A stretch of DNA of 57,749 nucleotides from Octopus bimaculoides (lineage: Eukaryota), in contig NC_068988.1 of assembly GCF_001194135.2 (NCBI RefSeq), positions 67,962,200 through 68,019,948 of the forward strand, given 5' to 3'. Positions within the stretch are counted from its first letter, which is position 1; every line of letters starts with the position of its first letter. The notes under the pieces are model-generated. The model saw nothing but the letters and a program-made list of their open reading frames with translations. It did not search any database and was not told the origin of the DNA. Positions 1 through 13,396 of the stretch are shown here, in pieces. Both the position numbers and the translations under genes were made by a program.

Positions 1-34
<34 letters not shown>

Positions 35-213
35 ATATATATATGCATGTATGTATGTATATATGAGTAGAAAATGAAGGAAAAGAGAAATAAGAAAAGC
101 CTTTAGCAATGCAGAAAATTTTGTGAAACAAAAATCCTTTTATTTCGGATGAAAAGTCAACGAATGAAGCAATGTATTTGTCGATTCGCACTAAACATTC
201 CGCCAAATTTATA

Positions 214-728
214 CAGCCTTGGCCAAAAGTATTAGGGTTCTGCTATCTCAATGTTAATGAAACTCGTGCACATGATAGTTTATCTTGCAACAGTGTTATC
301 TTTCAACAGTGTTATCTTTCAACAGTGTTATCTTTCAACAGGACAACTCTCCATGTCATACAGCAATGACACAAATGATAATTGCCATGGACTGGCCAAC
401 TCAATGTCCCGATCTAAATCTGATCGAACACCTATGGGGAACTCTGGATGAAGCTATCAGGAAGGCAACAATTAAAAATAAGGAGCATTTGTACCAACAG
501 TTGAGAGAAGAGTGGAGTAAAATTGCGCCTTGCACCTACAAGAAACTAGTTGATTCAATGCCTAACCGTGTAAAAGCGGTAACTGATGCTAAAGGAGGGT
601 CAACCAGATATTAAAACTAATGTATATTGTGAAATATACCATAATCTACCATGTGCACGAGTTTTATTAACATTGAGATAGCAGAACCCAAAAACATTGG
701 GGCGGCCTAATCCTTTTGGCCAAGGCTG
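214..728 (+). mobile_element. Internally deleted Tc1-family DNA transposon with both TIRs and TA target duplication
   Basis: TA(212-213)|CAGCCTTGGCCAAAAG...CTTTTGGCCAAGGCTG|TA(729-730). TIRs are 214-278 and 646-728, the left lacking 18 bp. The interior encodes the Tc1 C-terminus VIFQQDNSPCHT...DWPTQCPDLNLIEHLW...MPNRVKAVTDAKGGSTRY* (ORF 285-614). Confidence 0.93.
288..335 (+). repeat. Three tandem copies of 16-bp CAACAGTGTTATCTTT inside the Tc1 element
   Basis: Units read directly at 288-303, 304-319 and 320-335, followed by CAACAGGACAAC. Confidence 0.95.
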
Positions 729-1370
729 TAAATGAGGAATGAAAAAAACTGAACATAGTAACAAATCAAAAATGCAAGTTATTGCCAGGTAATTAAAATA
801 TTTCGAAGTGAAGGTATTATGAACAGTTGAAATTACTCAACTAAAATAGTTTAATGATTTCAGGTTGACAAAGAAAATTTGGGGGGGGGGGGNNNNNNNN
901 NNTTTTTTTCAAGAGAAAGACTTTATGCCAGACTAGACCGGGTGATGATTTATTTCATACTCTCTTTTTGGTGTTCAGAAACAAAACAAAAATATATAAC
1001 TTATCGAACAATCATTGAAGAAAAGAATTAATGAAAGTAATGCAGTTTCGATTCCCAGTTGAAAACCATTCAATTTCACAATGATATCTCAAAGTTCTAC
1101 TCCTTTAAGACATAAGCATACTGCCCTATGTCTGACTAAGTCATCGTACCTAAGGAGAAGGAAGCAGTTTATGAGGGTTGTTTTAAGTTTTTAAAGTAAC
1201 AAGAAGTATTGTTATGGAAAGCTATTTCCGTGACTACACATGTTCAAACTCGGTCCTTGTTCGAAGAAACCTCACTTCCTTCATTCTATTGTATTGTCTT
1301 GTGGTTTCCTATCAATGACAATTTGATCACGATCGCGTATGACTGTATACGAATGTTTGTGAGTTACCTG

Positions 1371-1549
1371 TTTCAAGTTTTGCCACAAGGTCAGCAATTT
1401 CCGGGGACGGGGTTAGTCTTTTACATGAACTGAAAGGACAAAAAGCAAAGTCAACCCCGGCGATATTTGAACTCTGAACATAAAAACGGACGAGATGCTG
1501 CTAATCATTGTATCCGGGAGGCTAACGATTCTGCCACCTCGCCGCCTTA
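1371..1549 (-). mobile_element. tRNA-derived SINE, family A
   Basis: The minus strand starts TAAGGCGGCGAGGTGGCAGAATCGTTAGC and aligns by eye with the copy at 22676-22896. Confidence 0.85.
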
Positions 1550-2865
1550 GTGTTATTAAATATCATATACTCCATGAAACGAAACGGCAAACCACAGGAC
1601 ATAATTTATATATTCAATATAATATAAAAACTTCAATATGGTCGTGGACATAGTAATTTTCTTGCCTTCAGCTGTTATGTAAAAGTACGAAATATTCTGA
1701 CTCGATCTCTAATACAAAAGCAAAAACGATATATAATGAAATATAAATAAAGACATTTACATATCCCAATGCCATCAGTAATTTCCTACTTTTCTATGAT
1801 TTCAAATATAAAGTGTAATTTCTCGCAGAAAGATATAAAATAAACATCCATATTGTGGTTAATTATTGTCAGAATTTTTAACAGTAAATGCGACCAAAAT
1901 ATTTAGATACAAGTGAATATTTAGAATAAATTGTTGTCTTGCGGCTCATAGAAAAGTTTAGTTGAATCATGCGGAGAAAGATATCTATTTTTGCTTTTAG
2001 CATAAGTTCATAAGTATATATATCAAAGATGTATAATTGACAGAATCAACTCCAGTAGGCAAGTCCCTTATCAATTCTACAGCAGAGAAGTTGGATGGAA
2101 GAGGATGTTAGTTCAGATAGGATTGAAATCTAATGTATAATGTGAGGTTTACTAAATACAAGATGACCTGTACTTTTAGAATTCGGTTCTTGCGAAATAG
2201 ATTTATCCAATTCCATCAATTAATCACTTCTTATTTGCCAAATATACTCGTAGACCGCTATAACAGTGTCATATTTAATAGTGTATGTCTTAATGTATTT
2301 ATATTGAGTCCTGCATTGTCGCTCCCCATTGTGAGTCATGACATCTATCTTCCTTTCTTTTTATTTTCAATCTTTCACTTTCTTTTGTCCTTTTCCCTTT
2401 TTTTATCCTTTCTTTTCTTTGTTTTTGTCTTTCTTTCTTCTTCCCACTCTTTCATTCCGTTCATCTTATTTCTCTCCATTTCCAGTTACGTTTGTTCCAA
2501 CATGTTTTCTACTGAATCGATTGTTTAGCATTATACGATGATTACGAGAGAGAACGTTGTCGCAGTCTACTAAAGCTGAAAAAAACAACTCGCAGAGAGC
2601 ATTTGCTGATACATTTTGATTATCCTTCGTGTATTCTTAGCTTTCTGTGAAGACTTTGGCAATGAGGAAGATTGGTCTGGAAAATTGAACGCCAATTGGA
2701 ATGGATTAAGAAAAGAAAAATAGCAAAAACCATTCGAATTGCAGAAGGCAAGCATTTTGAAATTACGCTTGCACTGGCGTAAGTGTATCTGAATATATGC
2801 ACTGTATGTAGGTATGTATATCTAGGCTTATATTCATACGCAAATACATACGTACAAAAATACAT

Positions 2866-2939
<74 letters not shown>

Positions 2940-3387
2940 TGGCGCGAAAACGTAATGTAAATCTTATAACTTTTGAAGCATCTTACGTCACCTGATAAGG
3001 CTCTTTTGCATAGTGTGCTGCATCTGATATCATTGCATCGTCCCCCACCCATGTGTGTGTTGATATGATAATACATCGTATTGCGCAAAGAAGTGTTTCC
3101 CGGTATCAGCGTTTACGACTCGAGTCAAATATAACAAACTACTACTCCAAATTGTTGTCAGACTCTCCGCATAAGTGGAGTCTGGTCCGGCTAGTTTGTA
3201 CTGGCATCGAGTCGTCTAAGTTGTGATAATGTAGTCGAACCAATATTGAAAGCATTTCAAAATGTTTAATCTGAGGAATGGTTTTTGTAATAGATGCATT
3301 TTCCTATTTTGTATTACGTAAACCTGAAACATACGTATTAGAAATTTTGAAATATCACCACTTGGTTCGATTTCATTATTCCATTTG

Positions 3388-3449
<62 letters not shown>

Positions 3450-3590
3450 AACACTGAGAATAAATCTTTGTCTTATAAATGGTGGACGTTTTATTTATAA
3501 AGCAGCGTCATAAATGTTTAAGTAGGTTTCTAATCCTCTAATAATAACATTATACATAGAAGTAGATGTAAAAACAAGCGTTTAATATAT

Positions 3591-3827
3591 ATTCTTTTAT
3601 TTGTTTCAGTCATTTGCGGCCATGCTAGAGCACCACCTTTAGTCGAACAAATCAACCCCAGGACTTATTCTTTGTAAGTCTAGTACTTATTCTATCGGTC
3701 TTTTTTGCCGAACCGCTAGGTTATGGGGACATAACGATGGTGGAGGGACAAACAGAAACATAGAAACATATACACACACATACATACATACATACATATA
3801 TATATACGGCAGGCTTCTTTCAGTTTC
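3591..3827 (-). mobile_element. SINE family B, 3' part
   Basis: GCGGCCATGCT, CCGAACCGCTA and CTTCTTTCAGTTT blocks shared with 25551-25923. Confidence 0.85.
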
Positions 3828-5262
3828 TGGTTTTAATTCTACACAAAATATTTTAACCAACTTTTTAATGCAGTTCCTAATAATATTTAATTATAAAAAT
3901 ATAAAAGGATTTTTTTTTAAATATCGAATGGTTATGAGGCTGTATCCGAGTAAACTAGGCCCAAAGGGTAAAACTTGGTTGAGAAAGACTGCAGTACACC
4001 TTTAAAAGCGACTGTGTGTGTCTTTCTCGAAGCTAGTGACAACGTACTTGGTATCAAATAAGGTGGAATGGCAGTAATTTGAAAGACGAAACAGGATCAA
4101 ACCGTGAACTTATCATCGCTCCCTAATGCACCGATGGAGTAGAATTAATACAGCATAAACTATTAATACTGTCCTCTACCGACTTCACTCTTGTGTTTTT
4201 GTTTTTTTGTTTTTCTTTTTAAAAACGGTTGCTGTGACGTGATTAAAATAAATTGAAACCAAGAACAACAACGATGACGACGACAGCAACAGCAATTTCT
4301 GTCTGGCGTGTGAACCAGAGCAGAACACTAAATACCTTAATAAAGAATTTACTGGAATTTTAGCAAAAATATTTAATTAATAATGTTCGCTACTTCTGCG
4401 ACACAATTTAACATATTCCTTTTTTTTTTTTTTTTTTTTTTTTACATATTTTTAATTTTTTGCCACTTCTTGGTTTTTTTTTAATATCAATTAAACATAG
4501 AATAACAGCGGAAACTGTTGAATAAAAATATAAATTAGCGAACTATCAAGAAGGAAAAGATTATTTGGAAATAAGTGGAAATTTTCGAGGCCGAACAAAA
4601 AGTTGATTTTCTAAATGGTTTTGCTAAGCTTTACTTGAGTATTAAAACGCACTTATTGAGAAATGTTAGTCTGCCGTGAGGAGAGAATAAATAGATAAAA
4701 ATTAAAGCAAATAAACAAAAAGAGAAACAAAAAAACCGTTTAACATCAGTGGCGAGGCAAGGACATAACTAATTGAAGAAGAATCCAGTTGGCATTTCAA
4801 ATCGTTATTCAGCAGAATCAGTTGACACGATCTACAATACGTTCATTCTATTCCAGCTGCTGGAACAAAACTTTACTTGTACGCTATGAATAGCTTTAAA
4901 TCATTTCTATGCGACGAGAAAACAAGACGTCTGGAGAGAATGAACACACGTTCACAGATGGAATCATTCTGAATGGAGCAAATCTAAATAATCAGTCTTC
5001 AAATGCTAATATTGATTTTTAATAGTGATCCAAGGTCACTAATATCGACCATAATATGTGACTGGTACTATAGTTTACCGTCCGGTAACGATGAAAAGGA
5101 AAGTTGGCTTTGATAGGATTTGGAAACAACGTAAATTCAATGCAAGGAACATTATTTACTGCTCAGACAATCCACTACCCTCTGACCGTACTAATATCCT
5201 TTCTACTACAGATACGAAACCAGAAATTTTTGGGGGAAGGGTTTGTCGAATATATTGGTTTC

Positions 5263-5615
5263 AGATCGCTCGTCTTCCAGCGACGTTCTTCTTCTTTTGA
5301 AGCGCACGGGCCACCTGAGTCATTGCGTACGATCCATTGCCTCGTCGTCATAAGCTTGCCGAAGCAAGCTTAATGCCTCTCTAGCAAACATTTCACATTG
5401 GATTTTTGTTTCTGTCTATGATAAAATCGCAAACTACAGCACACACTTGATCACTAAAACACAAGTTTCACAACTCGCAAAGTAAACACAGTGGCGTCAT
5501 TGGGCACAGCGCCTCGTGGAGGTCACTGCTAGCTTTCACTGCACCTGCAACCGTGTGCTGCCATCTGCTGGTGCGCTACAAAACTAGTCCGGGAACTTTT
5601 TGATACCACCTCATA
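5263..5615 (-). mobile_element. Mariner 5' fragment (TIR plus helix-turn-helix region)
   Basis: TIR-like TATGAGGTGGTATCAAAAAGTTCCCGGACT at 5586-5615 (minus). The minus strand translates to EALSLLRQAYDDEAMDRTQ*LRWPVRFKRRRTSLEDERS, matching the mariner HTH pattern. Confidence 0.85.
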
Positions 5616-5757
5616 TATATATATATTGCAGATGCATATATAATTACATACAAAGGAATGCACGAACATGCATGCTATACATACATAATTACATTCCTCC
5701 ACACATCTTACCACATATGTGTTCTTGCGGTTGTGTACAGAGATATAGACACACATC

Positions 5758-5792
<35 letters not shown>

Positions 5793-6333
5793 GCACAAAC
5801 ATACATGGACATAGACACTAACACAGAAACATATACCGGCATAAAACAGTATCATGTTGGTTAGAAAAAGCGTCACATTAAGTATTTATCGTAAGATGAC
5901 TGCAAATTCACCTTCGGCTCAGCTTGACATTTCTTTCTTCCCGAAACCTTAGTTAAAAGAAGACTCCATTGAGCATTAGAAGTTATACATGTTGTTTTCC
6001 AAAGACTTGAGATTGATATTAACATGGGTAAGCAGGTCAATGGTCAAATGAGAATCCGTATAAAAGCTTTCATTTTCAAGTGGTGTGTTTTCGTGATTCA
6101 TTTACAGGAAATAACATATATTCAAACATCCATTCCACTTAAAGGATGGAAGCAGAATAAATATAGTGATGTGTGACAAACAATGATGAGAATATGGTTT
6201 AAGCCACTCCCTGCTCGGCGTTTCTGCGAGGTTTAAGGTAAAATGTAATGCAAAAAAAAAACAGAGATAAATATCTCGGCAATTTTATTTGTAAGCGGTT
6301 AGATAATTTTGATATCTTCAACTCCAATGATAG

Positions 6334-6535
6334 TAATAATCCTTTCTAATCGTGGTACAAGGCCAGTAATTGTGAGGATTAGTGGGTGAGGGGCAAGTCG
6401 ATTACATCGACCCAAGTACTCAACTGCGACTTTATTTCATCGACCCGATAGGATGAAAACCAAAGTCCATTTCGGCGGAGTTTGAACTAAGCATTTCGTC
6501 CGATGCGCTCCCGATTCTCCCAGCTCGACATCTTG
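6334..6535 (-). mobile_element. SINE family A, degenerate copy
   Basis: GTCGATTACATCGACCC, GGATGAAA and TAAGCATTTCG blocks match family A. Confidence 0.8.
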
Positions 6536-6744
6536 TAATATCATCGCCCTGTAATAGTAACAATATGCACAAACCAGAATAATGAGGATTCCTCTAGCAG
6601 AGAGAGTACTTCCTGTGCTTTGTATATGTGATTTAAGGTACTTGGGGCAAAGTGACCGAGTTCCTTTCGCGCATTGGGCTTTACGGAGGCAACGTCCAAG
6701 ACCTTTGGCATTATATCGTGCTAGAGAAAAAGACCCATCAAGCC

Positions 6745-6960
6745 GAGCAAAATCGCACACATGGCAGATACCGGTGTCACGCAAATGGCACCCGTGCCGT
6801 TGGCACGTAGAAACACCCATTACACTCTCGGAGTGGTTGGCGTTAGGAAGGGCATGTCGAATCGGACTGGAGCCTGGCGCAGCCTTCCAGCGTGCCAGCC
6901 AAGTCAAACTGTCCAACCCATGCCAGCATGGACAACGGACGTTAAATGATGATGATGATG
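6745..6960 (+). mobile_element. SINE-like repeat family E with (GAT)n tail
   Basis: GTGGTTGGCGTTAGGAAGGGCAT...CAACCCATGCCAGCATGG...TTAAATGATGATGAT; a homologous minus-strand copy lies at 26572-26772. Confidence 0.8.
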
Positions 6961-7220
6961 ATATATGTATATGTATGTATACATGTAAGAGATACATACA
7001 TGTACAAGTATTTAAATGTGTGGGGGAGTGTGTGTGTTACATGTATATGAATATATATATGTGTATACACATACACNNNNNNNNNNNNNNNNNNNNNNNN
7101 NNNNNNNNNNNNNNNNNNNNNNNNNNNNNNNNNNNNNNNNNNNNNNNNNNNNNNNNNNNNNNNNNNNNNNNNNNNNNNNNNNNNNNNNNNNNNNNNNNNN
7201 NNNNNNNNNNNNNNNNNNNN

Positions 7221-7291
<71 letters not shown>

Positions 7292-7924
7292 TTATCATAT
7301 ATTCATAACTTAATTCGATGCACACACATACAAACATATGTACGTGCACACAGCCACATTTATTAATTTAGATTCCAAACTTATGGTTGGCCGAATGTTT
7401 CACCATATCCCCAGAGATAAATATTTTCCAATAAACAAGTTTCATAATATTTATATAGATTATTATGTAAACCTATTCATTGGAGCCTTTTCATCTCAGA
7501 GGAGACTCTGAAACAGTTGATCAGCTGAAAATCTGGAATCTAAATAAATAAATAAATATAATCTGCATTTGAAACATACTGAGGTCCTAATTGAAATGTG
7601 GCCTTTCTGATTGATAGATTGATCTGGAGTATATGATATAATATTATATATAAATGAAGGGGAAAGGGATTAAAGAATTCAGGCGAATACTGTATAAGCG
7701 CTCTGTAGGTGGCATTTTAATAGGTCAAATGTGGGACTGATGAAGTTGTGCATAAGTGTTTCATTGCAGCATTTTGAGATATGCTATGCTATTTGAAACG
7801 TATGTAGCTGATAAATCATGAATAAACCTCCATTCTTTTGTGTTTTTCTAATATATGTACATAAATATATGTGTATGTATGTATGTATGTATGTATGTAT
7901 GTACGTATGTACGTATGTATGTAT

Positions 7925-8066
7925 GTATATGAATATGAAAAGGTTCGAGAAAGTTCACAAGGAGTTGTGATAAAAAGGTATCTAACCCTGAACGAGGCTG
8001 GTCTTCAAGCGACAAGTAATCTTTCCTAAAGCGTGAAACCCACTCGTAAACTTGTGTTTTCCTCAA
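7925..8066 (-). mobile_element. Mariner transposase HTH fragment
   Basis: VLRKTQVYEWVSRFRKDYLSLEDQPRSG within ORF 7848-8132; abuts a family B SINE fragment at about 8056-8125. Confidence 0.8.
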
Positions 8067-8202
8067 AACCTTGTGAGTGGATTTAGTAGGCGGAAACTGA
8101 AAGAAGCCTGTCGTGTGTGTGTATGTATACATATATATAACATTCTTGTTCTATAACCTGGCTTTTCAGTGAATAGCGTTTGTGTGTGTACGTGCCTGCG
8201 TG

Positions 8203-8519
8203 TGTTACGATTACAGAGTTTTAGCCAGTTCAATTGTAGAATTATACCGATCTATAGATAATAATTATTAATGTGTTGCGGTAGTGTGTAATTGTATACT
8301 AATTTAAAGAATTAAGATTTAAAGCCGTTCCACACTGGCTCGTACACACAGGCACTAGAGCAAAGAGGGGAGCCAAAACTATGTAACTGGTATATAAAGA
8401 TTAGGGAATCGAGCCGTTGACAGTTAATAACTTGGCATAAATCAAAATTAATAAGTTAATGAATGAACGATAAATGTTAAGTCTTATCATATCAATAAAT
8501 ATATAATAACTTTATAACA
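8203..8519 (+). mobile_element. Candidate solo LTR
   Basis: Starts TGTTA and ends TAACA, with TATATAAA at 8391 and AATAAA at 8494. No matching TSD seen. Confidence 0.4.
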
Positions 8520-10209
8520 TAGTTATGAATAAATATGCATTTATTAGTTGCATACGATATAGTTAATAAACGGATATCTAGTGTCGCTGCGTAAGTAGAA
8601 ATTATGGATTATCCGTTGGAGACTTTGTCAGCAAGAAGGTAGAAATTAAAATGTTTCCTCACATAAGAAATTCCTCGGTTATTTGCTTAGCCAGACCGCT
8701 AACGCTTGCAAAACTACGTCTCCAAATATAAACATTTAAAGAATTGGAATCGTGGCCTTTTAAATTTCACCAGACAGACGAATAAAGATCGATAAAGTAA
8801 AATAGCAAACTGAAATTGGTAGTTTTATTCTTCTTTTATTTATTTTTTTCTTACTTGTTTCATTCATTAGACTGCGGCCTTGCTGGGACACCAGCCTTCA
8901 AGAATTTTTACCTGAACAAAACGACCTGAAATGGTGACCCCTGTCCGTACAAGTAGCTACGGCCGTCAATTGCAAGCGTGAGTGACTCGATGCAATGTAG
9001 TTATGATTAGACACAGACAACCTCTCAGTGCTTCCACCACTGATCCAGTGAACATCGAGATGTGACAGTTCTAAGAGGATTCTGTATAAGTAGTGGGTTC
9101 GTTTTTACTTTATCGCTCCACCCCAACCCAAAGAAAAAACGTACCCCAGCAGGATATGAAGAGCTCAGCGCACAAAGGGCCGGAACAAACATCGTATCTC
9201 ATTTTAGCTGCGGCTTTAACGACACTGCCAACAACCAACAACCTATGGCACATTGAACTATAGGAGAAAATAATCTTTATGTAACGCTGTACAAAATGCT
9301 ACGAGAAGCGGAAGAAGAGACAGAGAACGTAAAACAGGAACCGACACACTCGTAACAGTAAGAGAAATGATTACAAGTGACCATACTGTTGACAGAAGGT
9401 GCTATAGTTTACGATCAGTTGACAAAGTGGCAATGGTGTTAAGAAATACAGATGTAATTCCGGCATTTCACAGAGATAATATTAAAGTCAAAGTCGTGAC
9501 CCCATTTCAACCGTATGGCGAAGGTTGTTTGCGCTCTGGCTTCCTGGTTTCTGAAAGAAAGAATAAAAGATACTGGTCAAAGGTTACATTGTTGAAAGCT
9601 ATTGCCAACTGCAGTAAGAGATCAATTTTAATCTTATACTGCATGATGACAAATTATTTCAATAACGAACAATAGACAAGAAATTAATACTTGAAATTAT
9701 GTTGGATGTTGTTGAGGTCGAGTGAAACTACACAGAGTTTACTGTCTACTTTGTAAATGCTGCAAATAGACGAGTACAAAATGGGCGCATTGCGACATTG
9801 CCATCTACATTTTGAGGATGATCTCGAAACATAAAAAGGGGATTACCACGATGCAATGACTTTGATGTCAAAGTGTGTGGAACTCTCGTTCGTTTCATTA
9901 CAATAACAAGAAATCGATTGCGACGAGAAATAATAAATATAAGCCTAATCCCAAAGTGATTCCGATTGTATTGATTTAGTATCTCCCGTACTAAAAATAC
10001 TTTTACAAGATCCTACATTAGAACCGTCCAGGAATTCTGTAATTCCATTAAATTCCAAAAAAGAGGGCACCTTTGCGCTCATATTCTCGTCATATTATGA
10101 GATACACTCATCAAACAATTAACACACAAAAACAATAAATAAATAAAAACCTAACGGTCAAAATATATATATACATACTATATATGTATGTATATATATA
10201 TATATATAT

Positions 10210-10571
10210 NNNNNNNNNNNNNNNNNNNNNNNNNNNNNNNNNNNNNNNNNNNNNNNNNNNNNNNNNNNNNNNNNNNNNNNNNNNNNNNNNNNNNNNNNNN
10301 NNNNNNNNNNNNNNNNNNNNNNNNNNNNNNNNNNNNNNNNNNNNNNNNNNNNNNNNNNNNNNNNNNNNNNNNNNNNNNNNNNNNNNNNNNNNNNNNNNNN
10401 NNNNNNNNNNNNNNNNNNNNNNNNNNNNNNNNNNNNNNNNNNNNNNNNNNNNNNNNNNNNNNNNNNNNNNNNNNNNNNNNNNNNNNNNNNNNNNNNNNNN
10501 NNNNNNNNNNNNNNNNNNNNNNNNNNNNNNNNNNNNNNNNNNNNNNNNNNNNNNNNNNNNNNNNNNNNNNN
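10210..10571. other. Assembly gap (one example of many N-runs, most abutting TA/CA microsatellites)
   Basis: N-runs also at about 7.1, 17.8, 19.6, 28.0, 29.8, 35.9, 42.1, 43.6, 47.3 and 57.3 kb. Confidence 1.
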
Positions 10572-11439
10572 NCACACACACACACACACAGACCTATCGG
10601 CACTAATTACTTTATACAAAAGCACGAAAGTGTCTGCATTCAATTCACATTAAATGCGCACGCACACACCACACCACACACACACACACACAGAAACACA
10701 CAGAAACACACAGTATATAGATAACGAAGAATATACACGTCACGAAAAACAAAGTGGATGCTTTGGATGCCTGGCACGGAGAAAATACGAGTGATAGTCT
10801 TTAGCGATAAGTTCACAGCAATATGACGATCGACTTTGACAAATTAATTAATTAATTAATTAAACGATTAGTTACGTGTTAATGAACCGAAATTGAAATG
10901 ATGCATGTGTTTTTTTTTTATTGGCAGAATAGACTTCCCATGAAGCAATATGTTTTTGAGACACGATTTCACATCAAGGACCCCGGAAAATACAAACACG
11001 CACACACATAGAGACAAGCGTGTATTTACACGCTTATATATGTATTTACACGCATGCACGCACAGACACACAGACACACAGACACATTGTGTAAAGTTTA
11101 GTAACACTTGATAGCAGAGAAAAACGGAAAACATGAGACCCCATATTTGCTTTGAGGAAAGCTTTCATGTATTATTAGATTTAGAGTAAAAACAAAAACA
11201 AGAAAAAAGGAAAAATGAAAAATGATTCAACACGGAAAGATATCTTGTTACTTGTACAAAACTGGAGATGGTTCGGACTTGGAAGTGTCACCGTTATCGG
11301 TGCTTCGTGCTTTAAAACATGAACAAGTCGAAGTAACATTTTTCTCACATGTTAAACACCTACGTGCAGACATACATATATAAATTTTAATATTACAACT
11401 ATTCCCCAAAAATTGCTTCTTACCCAAAGTTTTCGTTGA

Positions 11440-12430
11440 GCAACAGACCGTTCCCTATACGAGTGAGAAAAAATCCGACCGATCTAATGTTTAAGGTTAT
11501 CAACGATGTTGCTGGAGAGCACATGGAATCATGGGATGTTATTTACTGGAATATTAATACTCTTTGATACACAGCCGCTATTACTCTTGAAGAATACTTA
11601 GGCGAAATCTACAGCGAACAAAGAAACGAAATTACTAAACGGAAACAACAAAGATGGAAAACAAAACTTGAAGAAGACATCAACAACGAGCGCCGCCATA
11701 TTGGATGATTAACTACAACAATAAAATGTAAGGAGATAAATGAGTTTTACACCTCACCAATTCTACGTTAGACAAAAATTCATGAAACTTTATGGCAACT
11801 CTTCAAACCGAGATCTTGAGGGAAAGGTAATCACTTTAAAACATGAACTGAGGACGATGAGCGAGAAACTCCGCTATCGCAAGCGAATATTTTTTTATCG
11901 AAAAGAGGGATTTCCAACTGAATGCAGCATGGTTAAATACAATTGAGAGAGAATATTGTACCAACACTAACAAAACACATACAAAATTGACGCAGAAACC
12001 TTCGCTATAGCAGTAGGCAAACTACAGAATGGGAAGGTAGCTGGAAGGGACCTAGTAGGTGGATATTGATACAAGAAGCTGACTTTTTATAGAAACCAAT
12101 TTATATGTATGTTCAAAAGGACTGTGGAAGGTCAGACTGATATACCACATGGGTTTGCTACAGCAAGGACGAATCTTGTTGCCAAAAATGAAATCACCGA
12201 GATGGCAGGAAACTACAGGCCCATTGTTTGCCTAAACATTATGTACAAGCTGTACACAAGTTGCCTCAACCGATTCCTCCAGGACCATTGTGAGTCGAGC
12301 AACATTGTGACTGATGAAGAGGCTGGTGGAAAGAAGGGAGTGTGGAGATGTGCCAAACAACTTTTAGTAAACAAAGCTGTACTGTCTGAAGTAAGAAAAC
12401 AACGCAGAAACCAAACAGCATGCTTCTGAA
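11440..12430 (+). mobile_element. R4/Dong-clade non-LTR retrotransposon fragment (N-terminal linker into RT), degenerate
   Basis: KLQNGKVAGRDLVGGY*YKKL and GNYRPIVCLNIMYKLYTSCLN...EAGGKKGVWRCAKQLLVNKAV match RT domains 0-2 of R4/Dong. Contains stops and frameshifts and is cut off by the SINE at 12431. Confidence 0.85.
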
Positions 12431-12680
12431 GTCAACGTGAAAGTGGCCGAACACTCCACAGACACACATACTCTTAACGTAGTCCCTCAGGGAACTTTAG
12501 CGTTACACAGAATGTGACAAGACTGACCTCTCGAAATACAGGTGCAACTCATCTTTTTGCCAGCTGAGTGGAGTGGAGCAATGCGGAATAAAGTGTCTTG
12601 CTCAAGGACACAACGTGCCGCCGGGAATCGAACTCATATCGTCAACCGAATACGCTAAGCACTAAGCCATGCGCCTTCAC
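12431..12680 (-). mobile_element. tRNA-headed CORE-like SINE, family D
   Basis: B box GTTCGATTCC, CORE-like TGTGTCCTTGAGCAAGACACTTTATTCC and a 3' tail shared with 23056-23362. Confidence 0.85.
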
Positions 12681-12910
12681 ATGTTATACATACATACACG
12701 CGCGCGCGCACGTGTGTGTGTTTGAACGTACGTATGTATGGATGTAAAAAGTCAGTATTCCATGAAAAGCCGCCAAAAGGCAGATAGAACATTTTTTTAT
12801 CGATAACAAAGATATTGAAATGTTAGCATAGATATATTTAATCATTTCTGATATTTCAAATTAAAACTTCTTTTCAAAAGCCATAAAGAACGAGAAAAGG
12901 TGAGTGATGA

Positions 12911-12978
<68 letters not shown>
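12911..12978 (+). repeat. (GATA)n microsatellite
   Basis: Direct read; a second (GATA)n tract lies at about 16778-16863. Confidence 0.95.
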
Positions 12979-13189
12979 CTGGTGCGTCGGGTCTGCGTGT
13001 CAGCCCAACACGCCTACGTGTATTTGGACACGCCCAGAAAATGCACATTTAAAACTTTTGTGAAGTAGATGTTACTTCGAAATATCAGCTACCGTGTGTG
13101 ATAACATAATTCGATGTTAGCATTTCAATATCTTTCTTCTTGTTTTCATTATTTTGTTAGTATTTTGTTATTTATTTTTCAATTTTTTT

Positions 13190-13396
13190 TTATCTAGAAG
13201 CATTGCGGAGAGACTAAATGAACATTTGAGACAATATGATGACAAAAACCGCTCCTCCAGACTCCACCAACATGCCAAAAACCAATATGGCATACTGGGT
13301 CAACTTGATATCTGCAAGGACCCAGCACTGAGACAAATACAGGAGTACGTCCTCATAAATGAAACATCCCTAGTACTAAATAAGAGATATACGTAG
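13190..13396 (+). mobile_element. Penelope-like element, GIY-YIG endonuclease C-terminal fragment
   Basis: SRSIAERLNEHLR...SSRLHQHAK...DPALRQIQEYVLINETSLVLN follows the PLE pattern T.R.L..R..EH...S....H...R...E...I....LN. Confidence 0.75.

Noticed and set aside
288-345. CRISPR-like short direct repeats
   Set aside because: No spacers, eukaryotic context, and located inside a Tc1 element.
6437-7313. 186-aa and 243-aa overlapping ORFs
   Set aside because: Composed of SINE sequence, microsatellite and gap.
9290-9900. Possible degenerate LINE RT
   Set aside because: Motif similarity too weak to support without a search.
10111-10724. Long ORFs with X runs and YI/HT/CV repeats (also at 17.7, 19.4, 29.6, 35.6-36.6, 42 and 43.5 kb)
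   Set aside because: Artefacts of N-gaps and dinucleotide microsatellites.
13065-13095. GAAGTA/TACTTC hairpin followed by GAAA near a PLE fragment; a similar one near 7495-7520
   Set aside because: No CUGANGA core or stem I, so not called a hammerhead.
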